From contig BFEA01000009.1 in NCBI GenBank assembly GCA_003427395.1, positions 6,934,272 through 6,998,271 of the forward strand: a DNA stretch of 64,000 nucleotides, given 5' to 3'. This DNA comes from Chara braunii. Its lineage: Eukaryota; Plantae; Charophyceae. The position numbers were made by a program, and so were the translations under genes. Of this stretch, positions 39,009 through 52,370 are shown one piece after another (the stretch's first letter is position 1; each line of letters starts with the position of its first letter). Below the pieces are notes generated by a model. It did no database searches. It saw nothing but the letters and a program-made list of their open reading frames with translations, and was not told where the DNA came from.

Positions 39009-39245
39009 TACAACCATAACCAGGGTTAAGGTGGATTATCACTTACAATGTAATCGGTTAGGGGATTCTGCAAACTGTTCAGGGTTCAGCCTCCTGATGA
39101 GTCAGTGAAACTCCGATGAAACAGTTCGTCACAGCCCCTCGTTTCTTGTCCTCTTCTCCCTCTCCGCCTCCGGTTTACCGGGCAGCTCTGTTTGAATTTG
39201 TTGTCCTCTTCTCCCTCTCTGCCTACGGTTTACCAGACAGCTCAT
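38608..39245. mobile_element. Penelope-like pseudo-LTR / retrozyme-like remnant in head-to-head arrangement
   Basis: 38608-38639 is inverted to 39024-39055; 38890-38969 is inverted to 39119-39195; a hammerhead core lies between. Confidence 0.5.
39073..39126 (+). ncRNA. Degenerate type III hammerhead ribozyme
   Basis: AACTG-TT, stem I AGG/CCT, CTGATGA (39094-39100), stem II GTC-AG/CT-GAT, GAAA, CAGTT. Confidence 0.5.
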
Positions 39246-39785
39246 TGGCCGCGGGGGGGAGGTCCATTGCGCGCTGCGCCCGGGATTCCGGTCGAAGTTG
39301 TGGTGAGGGGCGGCAAATGGAGGCGATCGAGGGCGGGGGAGTGTGCAGATGGTTTCGCGTACCGAAATGTTCATTGTGCGCCATTAAACAACAGGACGCA
39401 CCCCAGGGGCGGGGCATACGGCTGACGTTGATGCGGACAAACATCTTGTAGGTGAGTCATCCGATATGCGGGTGGCTTTTTGTTTGTTTGTTTTCCCCGG
39501 TTGGCCGTAGTTTTGTGTCCCCCCCTTTTTTTCTTTTTTTTTCTTTTCCTTCCTTCTTTTTTCATTTCTCGCGCGGCTGTCATTTTGTGCCCCGCGGTAG
39601 GCCGTCGTTGTTTTTGGGGACGAACATCTTGGAGGCGAGCCACCCAAAATGCAGTGTGAGGTCACCCACTGCATTTGTTGTATCTGCGGGCGTAGCCCGC
39701 ACGGCCCGCACCGTGGGTACTTAGCTAGTGTGTGTGTATGTATATATACATATCATCAAACAGAGCTACCCGGTAAACCGTAGGC

Positions 39786-40125
39786 CTATGTTGCATAACG
39801 TACACGTAGGAGACCTTTCGTACGAAACGTACACGTAATATCTGTACGGGATCTGTACGGGAACCTGTACGTCTTGTACACCCCCGTACAGAAAAAAAAC
39901 TCCATTAAAAAATCCGAAAAAAAGTATATGATGCAACAGGACAAAAAAAACAATATTTGGCTGAGCATCATCTCCAGATTCTTATTAGAATTTTAGAAGA
40001 AAATAAAAACAGTATCGGATTAAAAAAAAAAAAACCTTGTACGGGGCCCCTAGCGTAGGAGTAGCATACGAGTACAAGAGTACGAATCCGTACTCGTACG
40101 AGGGTGCGTACAAGTGGCAACGCGG
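39786..40125. mobile_element. Non-autonomous hAT-type MITE
   Basis: 8-bp TSD CCGTAGGC (39778-39785, 40126-40133); imperfect TIR CTATGTTGC / GCAACGCGG; CGTAC subterminal repeats. Confidence 0.75.
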
Positions 40126-41599
40126 CCGTAGGCATTGACTATATATTTTTTCATGGAGCTTCACCTGCTGGAAACCGTGTCCAGCGTCCCTTATACACAA
40201 TGCTTTTTTTTTGGTTGGGGGGGGGGAAGAGGCAAGTGGTCCCGGGCCAGTCTGGTAACCTTGGTTGAGGATTCCATGCCCCTCTTCGGAACTTGAAATT
40301 TGAGACTGGAGGGTTGGAGCAAGCGCACTGCAACTGAACGTCTTCGCGGCATGCCGCTGTTGTGGAGATTGGACCATACATGACTATGGTTAGGCGATTC
40401 TCTCCATGGATATAATTCCCAGATGATGAGCGCAAAGATGCTGTATCTGTATTGAGGGCAATTTTTCATGTCAACACAGACATGATGGCAGCAGATTTTA
40501 TTCGGGGGAGAGATGGGGCAAAAAATGGGGGGGAAAATAACGACGACGCGAGATTGTATTCAGGGAAAGATGGTAGGACACTGAACAAATTTTCTCAGAT
40601 CTGAACCCGATCTCTCAGTATTGTAGTGTGTTATGTTCTGGGACTGTGAACCGGGGCCCAGGTCCCACTTGCCTAGATTCTTTGTTTCCAGCTGTAGGCC
40701 ATGAAAGATGGATGGCCAGGAACGAAGAATTCTTTCAAGTGGGACCTGGGCCTTGCAAGTGGGACTGCAAGTGGGACCCGGGTTCCAGGTTCCCACAGGT
40801 GCAGGCAGCTCCCCACCAATAAGTTACAGCATATTATGGACTCTGCACTGCATATATAAAGGGAAACTGGACCCTGTTTCCAGCAGGTGTTGCTCCCCAC
40901 CACACCAATTGCAAGGACCCATCAGAATGTGGGGTCCTGGTAATGGAGCATGCTCCTACCAACCCCGTTATCACGAACCACGACCTATGGCAATGTTTGG
41001 AAAATGAAAATAAAAAATGTTACGCAGGAAGAAAAACAACATGACATTGTGCAGCACTAGTGCGTGCAGATTTAACATATTTCCGACTAGGAGCAGACGA
41101 CACAAGCTGGACAATCGCGAGCTGAGAACAGGGTAGATCGGAGGCTGAGTGTTAAAAGAAGAAGAAGAAGAAGAAGAAGAAGAAGACACAAGCTGGGGTG
41201 ATGCACAGTGGTGGTTAGTCTGCAAAGGAAACCTCCAACTGCATTGTTTCATTGAGTGTACAATTTCATATGGGACGGTGGGCCCGGTTCCCAGCAGATG
41301 CTGCTCCCCACGACCTCTACGCAGAGTCTACAGACATTCAGCGTAAACCAATGGCCGACCACTGAAGGGGACTGTGTATCAGAGTATCGGATGACATGGA
41401 TTTGTTGTTTTTTTTCCTACTACTGGCAGGATCAACCAGGTAGCGGGTGTAATGAGCCGCCGCAAGGAGCGATGGCTGAAGCGCACGTAGGCACATCACG
41501 CCGACCAACCTACCAAAAGAACGCCAAACAATCATGGGACGTGAGATGAGGTACCGAGATGCTGCAAAGCCTGGCTCCTTGGGTTGACTACACTTTAAT

Positions 41600-41778
41600 T
41601 TTTATTTTTTATTTTTTTTTATTTTTTTTTATTTTTTTTTATTTTAAAAGAATCTTGCCGGCTTCAACAGTTAGGAGTGATGGTATGAGCGTACACTCCT
41701 ACGGTCCTACCTATCTCACGGGGGGCTCCACTCTCTTGGTGGGGAGCTACACCTGCTGGAAAGCGGGTCCAGTGTCCC
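41600..41778 (-). mobile_element. Structured 3' module with third hairpin and A-rich tail
   Basis: Core at 41725-41778; hairpin TAGGAGTG..GCTCATACCA..CACTCCTA; T-rich tract at 41600-41645. Confidence 0.7.
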
Positions 41779-43189
41779 TTCAGGTACAATTGGAACCATT
41801 GAAACAATTTAGCGATATTTGCTGTATACTAGGCGCACACCAGGTGCAGCGCTGCCCTCCAAGAGTTCTACCGATGATGCAGATGGAACTAATGAGTATT
41901 CTTCTTTGCTCATTGCTCTTTTTTATTTGAATGCATGACATTGTGTGGTGGAGAGCTTGAATGTATCTATTGGTGCATCTTCTTTCTCCGTTCTCATGCT
42001 GAGGCAGTCTTGCTGGGCTGTCTTTTCTCTTCTCCTCCTCCAGCCTCTCTACAACAAAGAGGCTCGTTCAGTGCTTTCGTCTTTGGGAGGGGGGGCGAGC
42101 TAGGCGACGGTTCCCGGGAGCTGGCGCTCTTAGCTCTCCCTCTTCCGCTCGGGGGTTTCTTGAGCTACTTGTCCAGTGCATGGAGGGGGTTGGCAAGAAC
42201 CATGGCCCATGGGATCCCGGGGGCACGCGGACTCTGTTGGAGTCACAGGGCGGGTTGAGCTGGCCATGCGTTGATGTAGCTTCCCTGATGCACTTCAATT
42301 CAAACGCCGCCTTTTTTGAAGCAGAATTGCTCGGATTGGATTTACCTTGATTTCACTTGTCCTTGATTTCACTTGTGTTCTTTTGAGCGGCTCGGATTGG
42401 ATCCCCTGCATTTGATCCGATTGCTCCCCTCTGGTGGGATTTGTCAATGATTGGATTGAATTCCTTTCCATTGGATCTGATTTTAGTTAGAGGTGTTCAT
42501 TTGAGCTGCATGGAGTTGCCTTTTTTTTAAATCTGGTCGGATCGGCTCCCCTCTGATGGGATTATATTCGACTGAATTGCTTTCTGTGGATGTGATTAGA
42601 TACGCCCTGATTGAATATGATCTGAATAGCCCTTCAGTCAGTATGTGTTGCTTCACTTGAGTGGGGTCCTGATAGGTTAGGATCGGATTGGTCTTTGATT
42701 CGCTATGTGGCATGTGCCGATTGATCAGAGCGGCGTATTGACTTGAGTGGGTCATGCCTCTTCATTCCTGTCGCAGACTTACGACGCTGATTCCATTATC
42801 TAATTTTCTAGGGGTAAGTTCGGTTGCGGCACAAACGAGTTTGGAAAGGGCAACAAAATCAGGGTTGGGCAACAAACTCGCATGCCGAGTTTTTTTTTTG
42901 TTTTTTTTTTTTACGCATGCCGAGTTTGAAAGGGCAACAAAAGGAGTTTTACCCACGCACCGAGTTTGAAAAGGGCAACAAACTCCTGCACGGAATTTCG
43001 AAAAGAGCAACAAAATCACACGCGGGCCACAGCCATTTTCACTGATATCGCCCGTTTCAAACTCCACACCCCGTTTTGTTGCCTGCACATGTTTTTTTTG
43101 CCCTTTTGAAACTGAAAGTGTGACACTGCCAGGCTTGTTTCAATTTTCTATCTTGCTCTCTCGATCATGGCTCTGAAGAATGACCTTAA

Positions 43190-43362
43190 ACCACCAGTAC
43201 CTACCGGTTGTGCTGGCGCGGTTGTCCTCCCCACGACTTTCGGAGGCCCATGCCCTGACGTTGGGCATAGATTGAAAATCTGAACGCCGGCAGATCCCCC
43301 AAAAGTCGTGGCGCTTCAACGTGAACGCCCCGCGGCCGCACACTGGTAGAGGTACTGGTGGT
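43190..43362. mobile_element. 173-bp MITE at a TTAA site, same TIR family as 31201-31398
   Basis: TTAA-ACCACCAGTACCT ... AGGTACTGGTGGT-TTAA. Confidence 0.8.
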
Positions 43363-43544
43363 TTAACCTCTCTACGCCCGTGATCTGAGGGGGATTTGTC
43401 TGCTAAATACATCTCATGCTTTACAGCTGGGAGGGGCGCTCTGCGGTCCTGAAGGTTTCTCCCCTCGGAGTTTCTGACGCTATTTCCTTGGGTGATTTTT
43501 TTTGCCCTTGCCTCCCATTGTTCTCTCCCTGCAATCTCTGTGCT

Positions 43545-43632
43545 GGCTTTTGCACGGCGGGCTTTCGCACAGATGGCTTTTGCATGGCTGGCTTTCGCAC
43601 AGATGGCTTTTGCATGGCTGGCTTTCGCATGG
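43545..43632. repeat. 30-bp minisatellite with a 15-bp subunit
   Basis: GGCTTTTGCATGGCTGGCTTTCGCACAGAT, about three copies. Confidence 0.8.
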
Positions 43633-43803
43633 CGAGAGGCATAACGTTTCACCCTCTGCTTGTGCCATCTGACCTCTGCTCTCTCTGCTATCTCCCCGCT
43701 GGTTTTTGCTTGCCTCGTGAGAGGGCAATCAATGTTGCTCTTCGGGTATCATCTACTATGGTTTCCGAATTGTGGTTTCCGAATTGGCTCCTGATTTGTA
43801 ATT

Positions 43804-43957
43804 GGGACGCTGGATCCGTTTTCCAGCTGGTGCTGCTCCAGTGCTCCCCACCAATAGATTGGAGCCATCTACAAAAGAGAGCCTATTATTGGAGGTTGCT
43901 CTTATCACCCCCAATAATAGGCTAATCACGGATGTTTTGGGGGGGCAAAAAAAAAAG
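43804..43957 (+). mobile_element. Structured 3' module with third hairpin and poly(A)
   Basis: AGCCTATTATTGG-AGGTTGCTCTTATCACCC-CCAATAATAGGCT. Confidence 0.7.
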
Positions 43958-44649
43958 AAGGAAAAATTGTTGAAATACCCCTAAAAGCTGGGTTGTTTCG
44001 TTAGATACCACTGCAACAAAAGGAAAAATTGTTGAAATGCCCTCAACTTTTGCATTTGCCCCTGTCCCGGCCATTGGCAACTTCTCCATACGTCCTGGCC
44101 CCGGGCTAGAGGGGCCGGCACATTTTTTGTGCCATCTGCAAGGTCCAACAGCCAGAAATATCCGGCCATATAGGTAAGTTGCCCAGGGCCCGGTAGTGGT
44201 ATATGCAAAAGATGACCGGCCCAATTGGTGAGTGGGGTATTTTGCAAGGTTTCGCAATTGTCATAGGGGCATTTCGCCATACCCATGCCTTTTAGGGGTA
44301 GCTGACGAAATACCCCAACTTTCAGGGGCATTTGAACACCTTCCCCCCCTAAAAAGGACTTCTCCGGAAAAAAAAGAACCAAAAAAGGCACTGGAAGGAA
44401 AATGGAAGGAAAACACTCTGCATAATGGATGATTGATGGAGATGATACCGGGAGGAGCGGGCATATGCAGCGATTGCGGCAGGGCTGGCCATCCCAGCTA
44501 CACAGACGTTTTGAACCTCCCCTTGCAGAATCAAGCCCAGCTTGAATGGCTGACATGAGAGGTCAGAGACTGCATCTTTGTATCTGATGCGCAGGTACCA
44601 GTGGCATATCGTTGTTTTTTCTTTTGGGGCGGGGGAGGTTGGGAAAGCC

Positions 44650-44769
44650 TTTTACAAGCCCACTATCCCAGCTGTGGTGAGAAAACCGCTGGAATTGAGG
44701 GCTTGGCTGTCAGGCTGCTCCACCTATCGGTCGGGAGCGCCACCTGCTGAAAACCGGGTCCAGCGTCCC
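44650..44769 (-). mobile_element. Structured 3' module, tail type A (degenerate)
   Basis: Core at 44717-44769. Confidence 0.65.
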
Positions 44770-45129
44770 TTAGAAAACACCATTACACCAGAAGTAAATG
44801 GAGCGCCGCCCAGGGACCAGTAGGACTGAGGCATGTGAATGGATCTTTTTCCTGTTTCTTTTATAAAGAAAGGTTAGAAAACTCATTTGTACCGAGATTT
44901 GTTATTGAGACCGACGGGCTCAGCTCAACGGGCCCAGCTCAGTTGGTACACCAATGAACTGTTGAAACACAGACCCCAAGTTCGAATGCTGATGCAATCA
45001 GATGGACAGGGTATGATAATCCAGAGATTCGTTATTGAGGGTGATAAGAGGATTCCCGGTGGTGGGGGGGTGGTGGGGGGGGGGTTCGTCCATTTCATTC
45101 ATTTCCTCGGCACGTCAGGCTCCGGGCAG

Positions 45130-48100
45130 AAATGTGTTAAATCGGCAGATCTGGACTTGCGCTCCATCAACGTTAACGGCCTATCGTCTTATAAGCCCGA
45201 TAAATGTCAAGCCATCTGGGATCAACTCAGAGGGGTGGGGGGAAGACGATGGCCAGACGTATTTGTGTGCAAGATACTCATTTGCAGAACAATCCAGAGC
45301 ACAACAGGGCCCACAGGATAGTCTGTCCCTTTTCGGCTATAAGGGCTCACGCTCCTAAATCAGGTTCCGCAGGGGTGGCAATTTGGATTCCACCCGACTC
45401 CAGATTCCAACCGGTTCACTGGGCGGTAGATGAGGTAGAAGGGCAGTGGGTCTCTGTCTTGGGCACGCTTGAATTACAACTACTTTGCATACTCTGCATC
45501 TACTCCCCCAACATGGTAGGAGAAAGAAGAGAATTTTTGAGGAAGCTAGGAATGCAAGCTCCTGAGGGAGGACAAAAGACTTGACAGATGGAACCCTCGG
45601 GAGACCCCCTCCTTTGCAGCGGATGAAGACGGGTGAATGGTGGCTGAACTTTGCGAAACACTCTCGGACTTCGACACCTTTCGCCGCCTGCACCTTCAAG
45701 AGCGGTCTTTCACATGCATAAGAAATAACGACCCGACACGACTATCTAAGTCTCGGATCGATCTTATCTTTCTTTCGAACGACCTAGAGGGCGCCCTGTG
45801 CTGGGCGTCAATCCTCCCACGCGGCCCCTACCCAGGATTGGACCACAAGACTTGTGGGATAATATTAACAATGAGGAAGAGGCCGGATCAAGGGTCCGGT
45901 TTCCATAAACTTAACACTTCCCTCTTGAGTGACCCATCTTTTAGACAAATGATTCAGTAGGAATGACTCTTTTGGCGCCAACAAAAACACCTATTTGACT
46001 CATACTCCGCATGGTTCAACAATGGTTTGATTTTCTTAGCCAGGAAGTGTAAGGATTTTTCCAAAGTCAAAGCAGTCTTACGACAACAATAGGAAATGTC
46101 CATCCTTAAGGAATTGGTAGCCTTGGAACAGCAGGCAGAGTCACAGCATCTCACTATCCCCATCCAGAAGGCAAAAGGCTAACTCTTCTGATACGCTCTG
46201 CACAGATGGCAAGGCATCATAATACGTGGGAAAATGGGCAAGCTTACCTAGAAGGCCACGATGGATACTCATTTTTTCTCAATTGCTACAGCCCGTGCAC
46301 GACAAACTGTAATTGAGGCACTTTTTGACCCGGACAAAGGGGATATCAAAGCAACTGATACCGCTCATTGCACGTTAATTACAAGAACATTTTTTAAGCA
46401 GTTATATACATCTCAAATCCCATCTTCGCGAGGCGAGGAGAGGGCTAGAGAGTTAGAGGAATTCCTATCACCTATGGATAGGCGTTTATCCCCACAACAA
46501 CGAGATAGACTAGGGGAATCGATGACAAAGGATGAAGTATGGGCAGCACTCCTCCAGATGAAAGAGAAAAAAAAAACTGGTATTGACGGTTTCCCCAAGG
46601 AATTTTTGGAAGTCATGTGGGCTGATTTGAGTACGAATCTGTGAGACTACTATCAAGAAGTATGGGATGCCGGGGAAATGGGGGAAATAGTAGGGAAAGG
46701 TGTACTGTCGTTACTATACAAAAAAGGTGATAAGATGAACATCAGGAACTACAGACCTATCACTCTTCTTACAGTAATCTAGAAAATGCTCTCTAAAGCA
46801 TGGCGGCGGTCTTGGAAGACATCATACACCCGACCCAAACAGGGGGTTCATGGCCGGTAGTAACATACATGAAAACATCCTACTGGTAAACGAAGTGGTC
46901 CAGCTAGCACGAAGAAATATGGCAAATGCGGCCATTATCTTTATAGATTCGAAAAGGCTTATAACCACGTTGACTGAGACTTCTAAGACAAATGTTTAGA
47001 AAAAACGAACTTTGGACCCATTTTTTGGCGCTGGGTAAGAATTTTTCATAGTAACGCCACTACCTGTGCACAGGTTAACAGGTCGGTGACACCTCCATTT
47101 GAGCTCCAACGGTCGGTGAGACAAGGGGACCCTATCGCCCCCTATCGCTTCTTCGTCATAATGGAGGCTCTATCGACTAACCTGAGATACAATAAGGACC
47201 TTATACGAATCGAAATTACCGATATCTCGGAGGAGGCAGTGCCAATCTGTTCCCTTTTTGCAGACGACCTTACTATAATGGTGGAGGCGACGGTACCGAA
47301 TATGGAAGAAATTCGAAACCTTATGAATCGTTTCTGCAAAATGTCAGATATGGCTGTTAACTGGGGACAAAAAACTGTAGGTTGGTGGTTACATCTTCAA
47401 GGGGGAAGGCCTCCCGATAACTCACGAATTACTTGGCTTCCCCCAGATGAACCTCTAAGATTTTTGGGGGCATTAGTTACAATAAAGGGTAAACCAGTAA
47501 TCGATGATGAGTGGCTAGCGGGGCTGGCGCGCGCCAAACTAAAATGGTGGAGCAACAAGCACACATCATTATTTGGGAGTGTCCTTGTTATTAATAACGT
47601 GGTACTAACCACTCTCTGGTATAAGGTCATTTGATGGCCCATGAGCAACGGGGCCCTCAAGGCATTAAAACAACAGTTGGCGGTCTTTTTATGGAGAGGG
47701 GATAGTAACAACCCCCATGCTATCAGTTAGTCGGGTAGCGTGGGAATCGGTGGTTCAACCTAAGGCCGGTGGGGGCTGGGAATTGTGGATCCTACCACAC
47801 AATTCCATGCCCTCACTTTTTGTTGGCTTCAACATCTCATCTTCTCTTCATCCTCCCCTTGGATCCCTTAGCTTTAGCACAAGTTGCAGCCCTGGCCCCA
47901 GAAGCCCCACCTCAGATTGACCCTTTGGTATGGCTTGAAGACAGGTATTGGAGGCTACCAAGGAAGTACCGGAATGGGGACCCCACATGTAAACAGTGGC
48001 TGCGCCTCCTACATACATGGAGGAAGTTCCCCCCTCCTGATCGACCAGCACCAGACAGGTGGGAGGAAATATTCAGACAACCCTTTTTTGGTAATCGACT

Positions 48101-49400
48101 GATTACGGACTCTTTGGGCCACGTAAGTTGCAGCTCAGACCCCCCATGGAGCGGCTGGGTGAAACACGGGGCCCGGAGGGTAGGGGACCTTTGGGACATG
48201 GAGGCAGGATGTTGGAAAAGTGCAGAAAGAATGCGTACATGGTTGCGATATTCCCATTTCACTGAGTCTGCACTAAATGAACTCATCGACAAGTTTCCCC
48301 TCCATTGGTAAGTTACTCTTCGGAAGGGTCCTTGCTTGGAAGAAGGCGACTGGGTAGGGTCATCCGATCATGGAAATCAGGTAGGGCACGTGCACCTGGT
48401 ACACCAATCACAAGTGCTAATCGAAGTCTTTTCCATCCAAAATGATGGCAAATTACGTGGGAACCAGCAACCCTTTATTTGGAGAGAGAAAAATGAGGTA
48501 TTCGGTGTCAGAGTGATTGACAAGGGAAGAGGACGGAGGGCATAACGGCCAATGACCCCGATTGAGGATCTTTCCTTTGACCCCGATGAGTGGCGCTGGT
48601 CTCAGTAAGTCCCGAATAGGAGGGGAAAAGCAGAAACATTAGCACTAGTCAATTTAAAATCTAAGACAGTTTACCGTATGCTCCGACTCAAACCCATAAG
48701 ATGGTTTGGGGACTATGGAAAAAGACCTGCAAAGATCTTTGCCCTGCAGTGGCAAATAGCGCATCGATGTTTGCCAACAAATGATTGGCTAATAGAGCAC
48801 ATACGTCTGGAGTAGCAGGGGCGGGCACTACCTTGGTGCCACAAATGTCTTTAGTGCTACCCAGAGAAAAAGCGCTTTGAGACAATAGAACACATCTTTC
48901 TTCAGTGCCCAACGACTGTATTGCTATGGAGGTCTTGGGATAGGATTTGGCGGCACATTGTACCAGGCTCATTATGGCCATGGGACTGGAGGGCCATACT
49001 GCTGGGGTATTACCCCCCAGATTCGGGGTAATACATTCAAAGAAAACATGTTTCGCCTAGGAAGACGCGTTGTCCTATGGGTCATATGGTGGATGAGATG
49101 TATTTTGGAGGTGGTGGGAGCAAGGGTGGAAGACGGAGAGGTCACGGAGCAAGTACGGCTGTTAGTACAGTACGAAATCACGGTCCAGTGGAGGGCGGTT
49201 AAGGATAAACTCGATCAAGTGCATACCCGGGGTGGTATAAATAGAATCATCTCTCACTTCGGAGAGTATTGGTTGGGCGGGAAGAGAGAGGGTTGGGTGG
49301 CAGAGGTAAGGTGGGCTGGGGATCGCCATTGGGAAGAGGTCCCGCAAAACGGACACCAGGCAGGAATTGATAGGAATTATCAACTGCTTTTCCATGAGTG
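45130..49400 (+). pseudogene. Near full-length, pseudogenised L1/Tx1-clade LINE ORF2 (APE endonuclease, RT, zinc knuckle)
   Basis: Colinear motifs: SINVNGL, QDTHL, SRIDLIFLS..DHK (endonuclease); GIDGFPKEF, NYRPITLL, FEKAY, VRQGDPIAP, LFADDL, LRFLG (RT); CHKC..ETIEHIFLQCP; many stops and frameshifts. Confidence 0.92.
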
Positions 49401-52370
49401 GACCAAGAATGACCCTAATGACCCATTACGTCCTGCCCAGGAGTTTGCAGACCCTTTCCCCCCAACCCTTTGTACCTGGAGGAAGTGCTACCTGAGTCAC
49501 TGTTCCCGGATCCTGGCTGAACAGAGTCCTATGACGCGCAACCTCACGCCCTGTGCTGTCTTTCGTTCGGAGTGTGAGACGTGCGGAAAGAGGCCCAGAA
49601 AAACAGCAAGATGGGGTGTGCCAAGGATTTTTGGAAATTGAGTGTGGGGACACAGATGAAACTAAAATCCCCCGTGATGGTCCGATGAAGCAAGTCGATT
49701 AGTTTCGCGCGTCGCGGAATGCGCGCGCGGAAATGGCGTGAAAACAGAAAGATCCAAATTCAATCCAAAAAGTACTGTTAGGCTTCCCACCGGGCTACAA
49801 CCCGTCGTTTAGAACGGAAAGGCTCTGGCACGCTTCGCGTGTCTCGTTTTCGTATCAGATCTCGTCGTCGTTCGCTGGTCAGTTCCGAATCCGACGTGGA
49901 TGGTCTCAGTCGTGTGGCTCTTTCTTTATGCTCGTCCTCACTCCGTATTCGGTAGTGGAAGCCCTTCGCTTCGTAGCGATCGAAACGCTGGCACTCCGTG
50001 CACAGAGTGCAGGGCCAATGAGGCGCCACTGCCGTCCACGGAATGACGATCAGCTCGTTAAACGGCAACAATATCGAGTAGGGTGGAAAATGCGTATCCA
50101 TAATGACAAATCCGGCGTCTACGAACCCTGAACAACGCTCGACCGGAGGAAAGTAAGTGTCCGCCGTTTTGTGTGATGGCTTCCCGTACGTCCCACTCAC
50201 ATACACGTGTCCTCTCCTCGTTGTAGGGAAAAGGTCGCGTTGGGATGGGGGATACGGGGGGCCGGCTCCCAATCGAAGGGTGCTTGTCAGTCCACATATC
50301 AATCAATCACATATATCCAGAGACGTCATTAAGAACAAAAATCATTCATGCGACCCTCAATCTATCCTTCTTGACACACGAGGGAGCAGACACACATCAG
50401 CTTGATCATGCATAGGGCTAAGGGACCGACCCGCGACTCAGTTCAACACAATGTTGGTCTCCGGCGCCTTGTTTCTCAAGGTCGCCTCGTGGCGTGGCTG
50501 CTGATGTCGTGCCGCATAAGGCAGATGGCATGCGTAGTGCATTCGGAACTACAGATCTTAACACTCTTGCATTCTCGAACAAAATCCCGACGACACTCGT
50601 CTAATCAATCTGAAAAGTCACGCATCTCTATTCATGCATTCACCGTGGAAGGTGCGAAAATGAGACATGCACAGGAAAAGATGGATCGCATTGCACAGTA
50701 CACACACATCCACCGTTCACAAGACAAGTAGACGGGGTCCTTGCGTAGGAGGATTACCCAGGAAACTAATGGAAGAGTTCCGGAAGAAGTTCTTTCACAC
50801 AGAAGCAGGATGCCAACTCATTCCTACTCAAGAAAGGGACAATCATTCAGACGCATTATCATTCAATAAGAGAGAGGGGGAGAGAGAGAGAGAGTTTTGA
50901 GGGAAAGAAAGTCAAAATAGGAGATGACAAGGTCCGGAAAGAGAAAAGTTCGGCGTCACCGCCGCACACTCACGCCAAAGATAACAATCCGCAACAAAGG
51001 CGCATTCGCCGTTAATTCCACTATGGCCCCGGGCCAATCACCCACTCAACTTCGATCATCGATCCTCATACCCGCACCGACGATCCCGGTCGTCGCATGC
51101 TATCTCCTACCACTGCGATCGTCACCCCGCTGTCGTAGACTCGACACAGTTCGCCCAGATCCCACAGTCCGTCGTGGCGATCCAGCGCGCAACCGGTCAG
51201 CCTATCGTCAGCCCGACAGGACTTTTCGACTCGCATCAACCCACTCTGCCTAGCCACTGCTTCCCGGAAGCTGGCTTAGGAGTCGAGAACGTAAGAGAGA
51301 TTTGCGGACGCGCTTGCGGGTTTTACAGTTGCGACAGAGGAGATAGAAGGGGGAGAAGGCGACAGGAAAGCTGAGGTGTAAGAGGAGAAGCAGGAGGAGA
51401 AGACTTTGAGAAGACTGCACTACGAACGCCATGCTGATCCCTCGGAACTCAAGGTTCAACCAATCAGATTCATCGCGCGATAGGAAGGTCCTATCGATCC
51501 ACGCACCTGATTGGCGAGCGGGAGTTATCGGGGGATCAACTGGGCGTCGTACGCCAGACGTAGAGGGTGAGAAGAGAAAAGGTGCGAGAGGTGGCGCAAG
51601 ACGGGTCCAAGATTCAGATGATCAAGAAAGGGAAATGGGCGCGCGAAAGCAAGGCGGGAGAGAGAGAGAGGGAGAAGGAAAAACAGTTACGGGGAGAGAG
51701 AAAAAGGAGGGAGAAGGGAAGGGAGGCGCGGGAGGGAGCGATGCNGGGGACAGAGAGGAGGAAGCTTTTGCATNCANGGCGCNNTCAACAAAAAAAAGAA
51801 AAAGGCACCGAAACAGTTACAGCTTGCTTCTATCCTAATTCAAAATTGAAATCACCATATCCGCATGCGAAAAAGCGACGCGGGAAAAGAAAATCCTACG
51901 CCTATTCGTATTCACGCAAAATTCCGAGAGTTTTCCCCGACGCGCCCAAGAACATTCACACACCCAAAAAGGACACGTCGACGTTCCGCTTATCTCGGAA
52001 TTCCCAACTACCGAGCCCAATTCCCAGTGCGCTCGCTAAGGCGCACGTAAATTCTCATGTATTTCCCGACTTTGCAAGAAGAAAAACAGAACTCAGCAGT
52101 CGAAAAAGCTCTCAAAAAGGAAAATGCGGCACCCGAAAGCAAGAACTCAAAACGGGGTTTTCCTGGGGTTGGTATGATACAAGCAAAAGAAAGGGTACGA
52201 AAGATGGCACGGGGTCGGGAAGTGGTTCGTCACATTTCCTTTTTTTCGATCTTACATACTCCCTGGAACCTGCTTTTCAGCAAAGATGTATCTATGGGTC
52301 GCTGGTCCTGAGTCACTGTAACCTGGCTGATCAGGGTCCTTTCGTTTTTTTGAGCCTATATACTTCCAAA

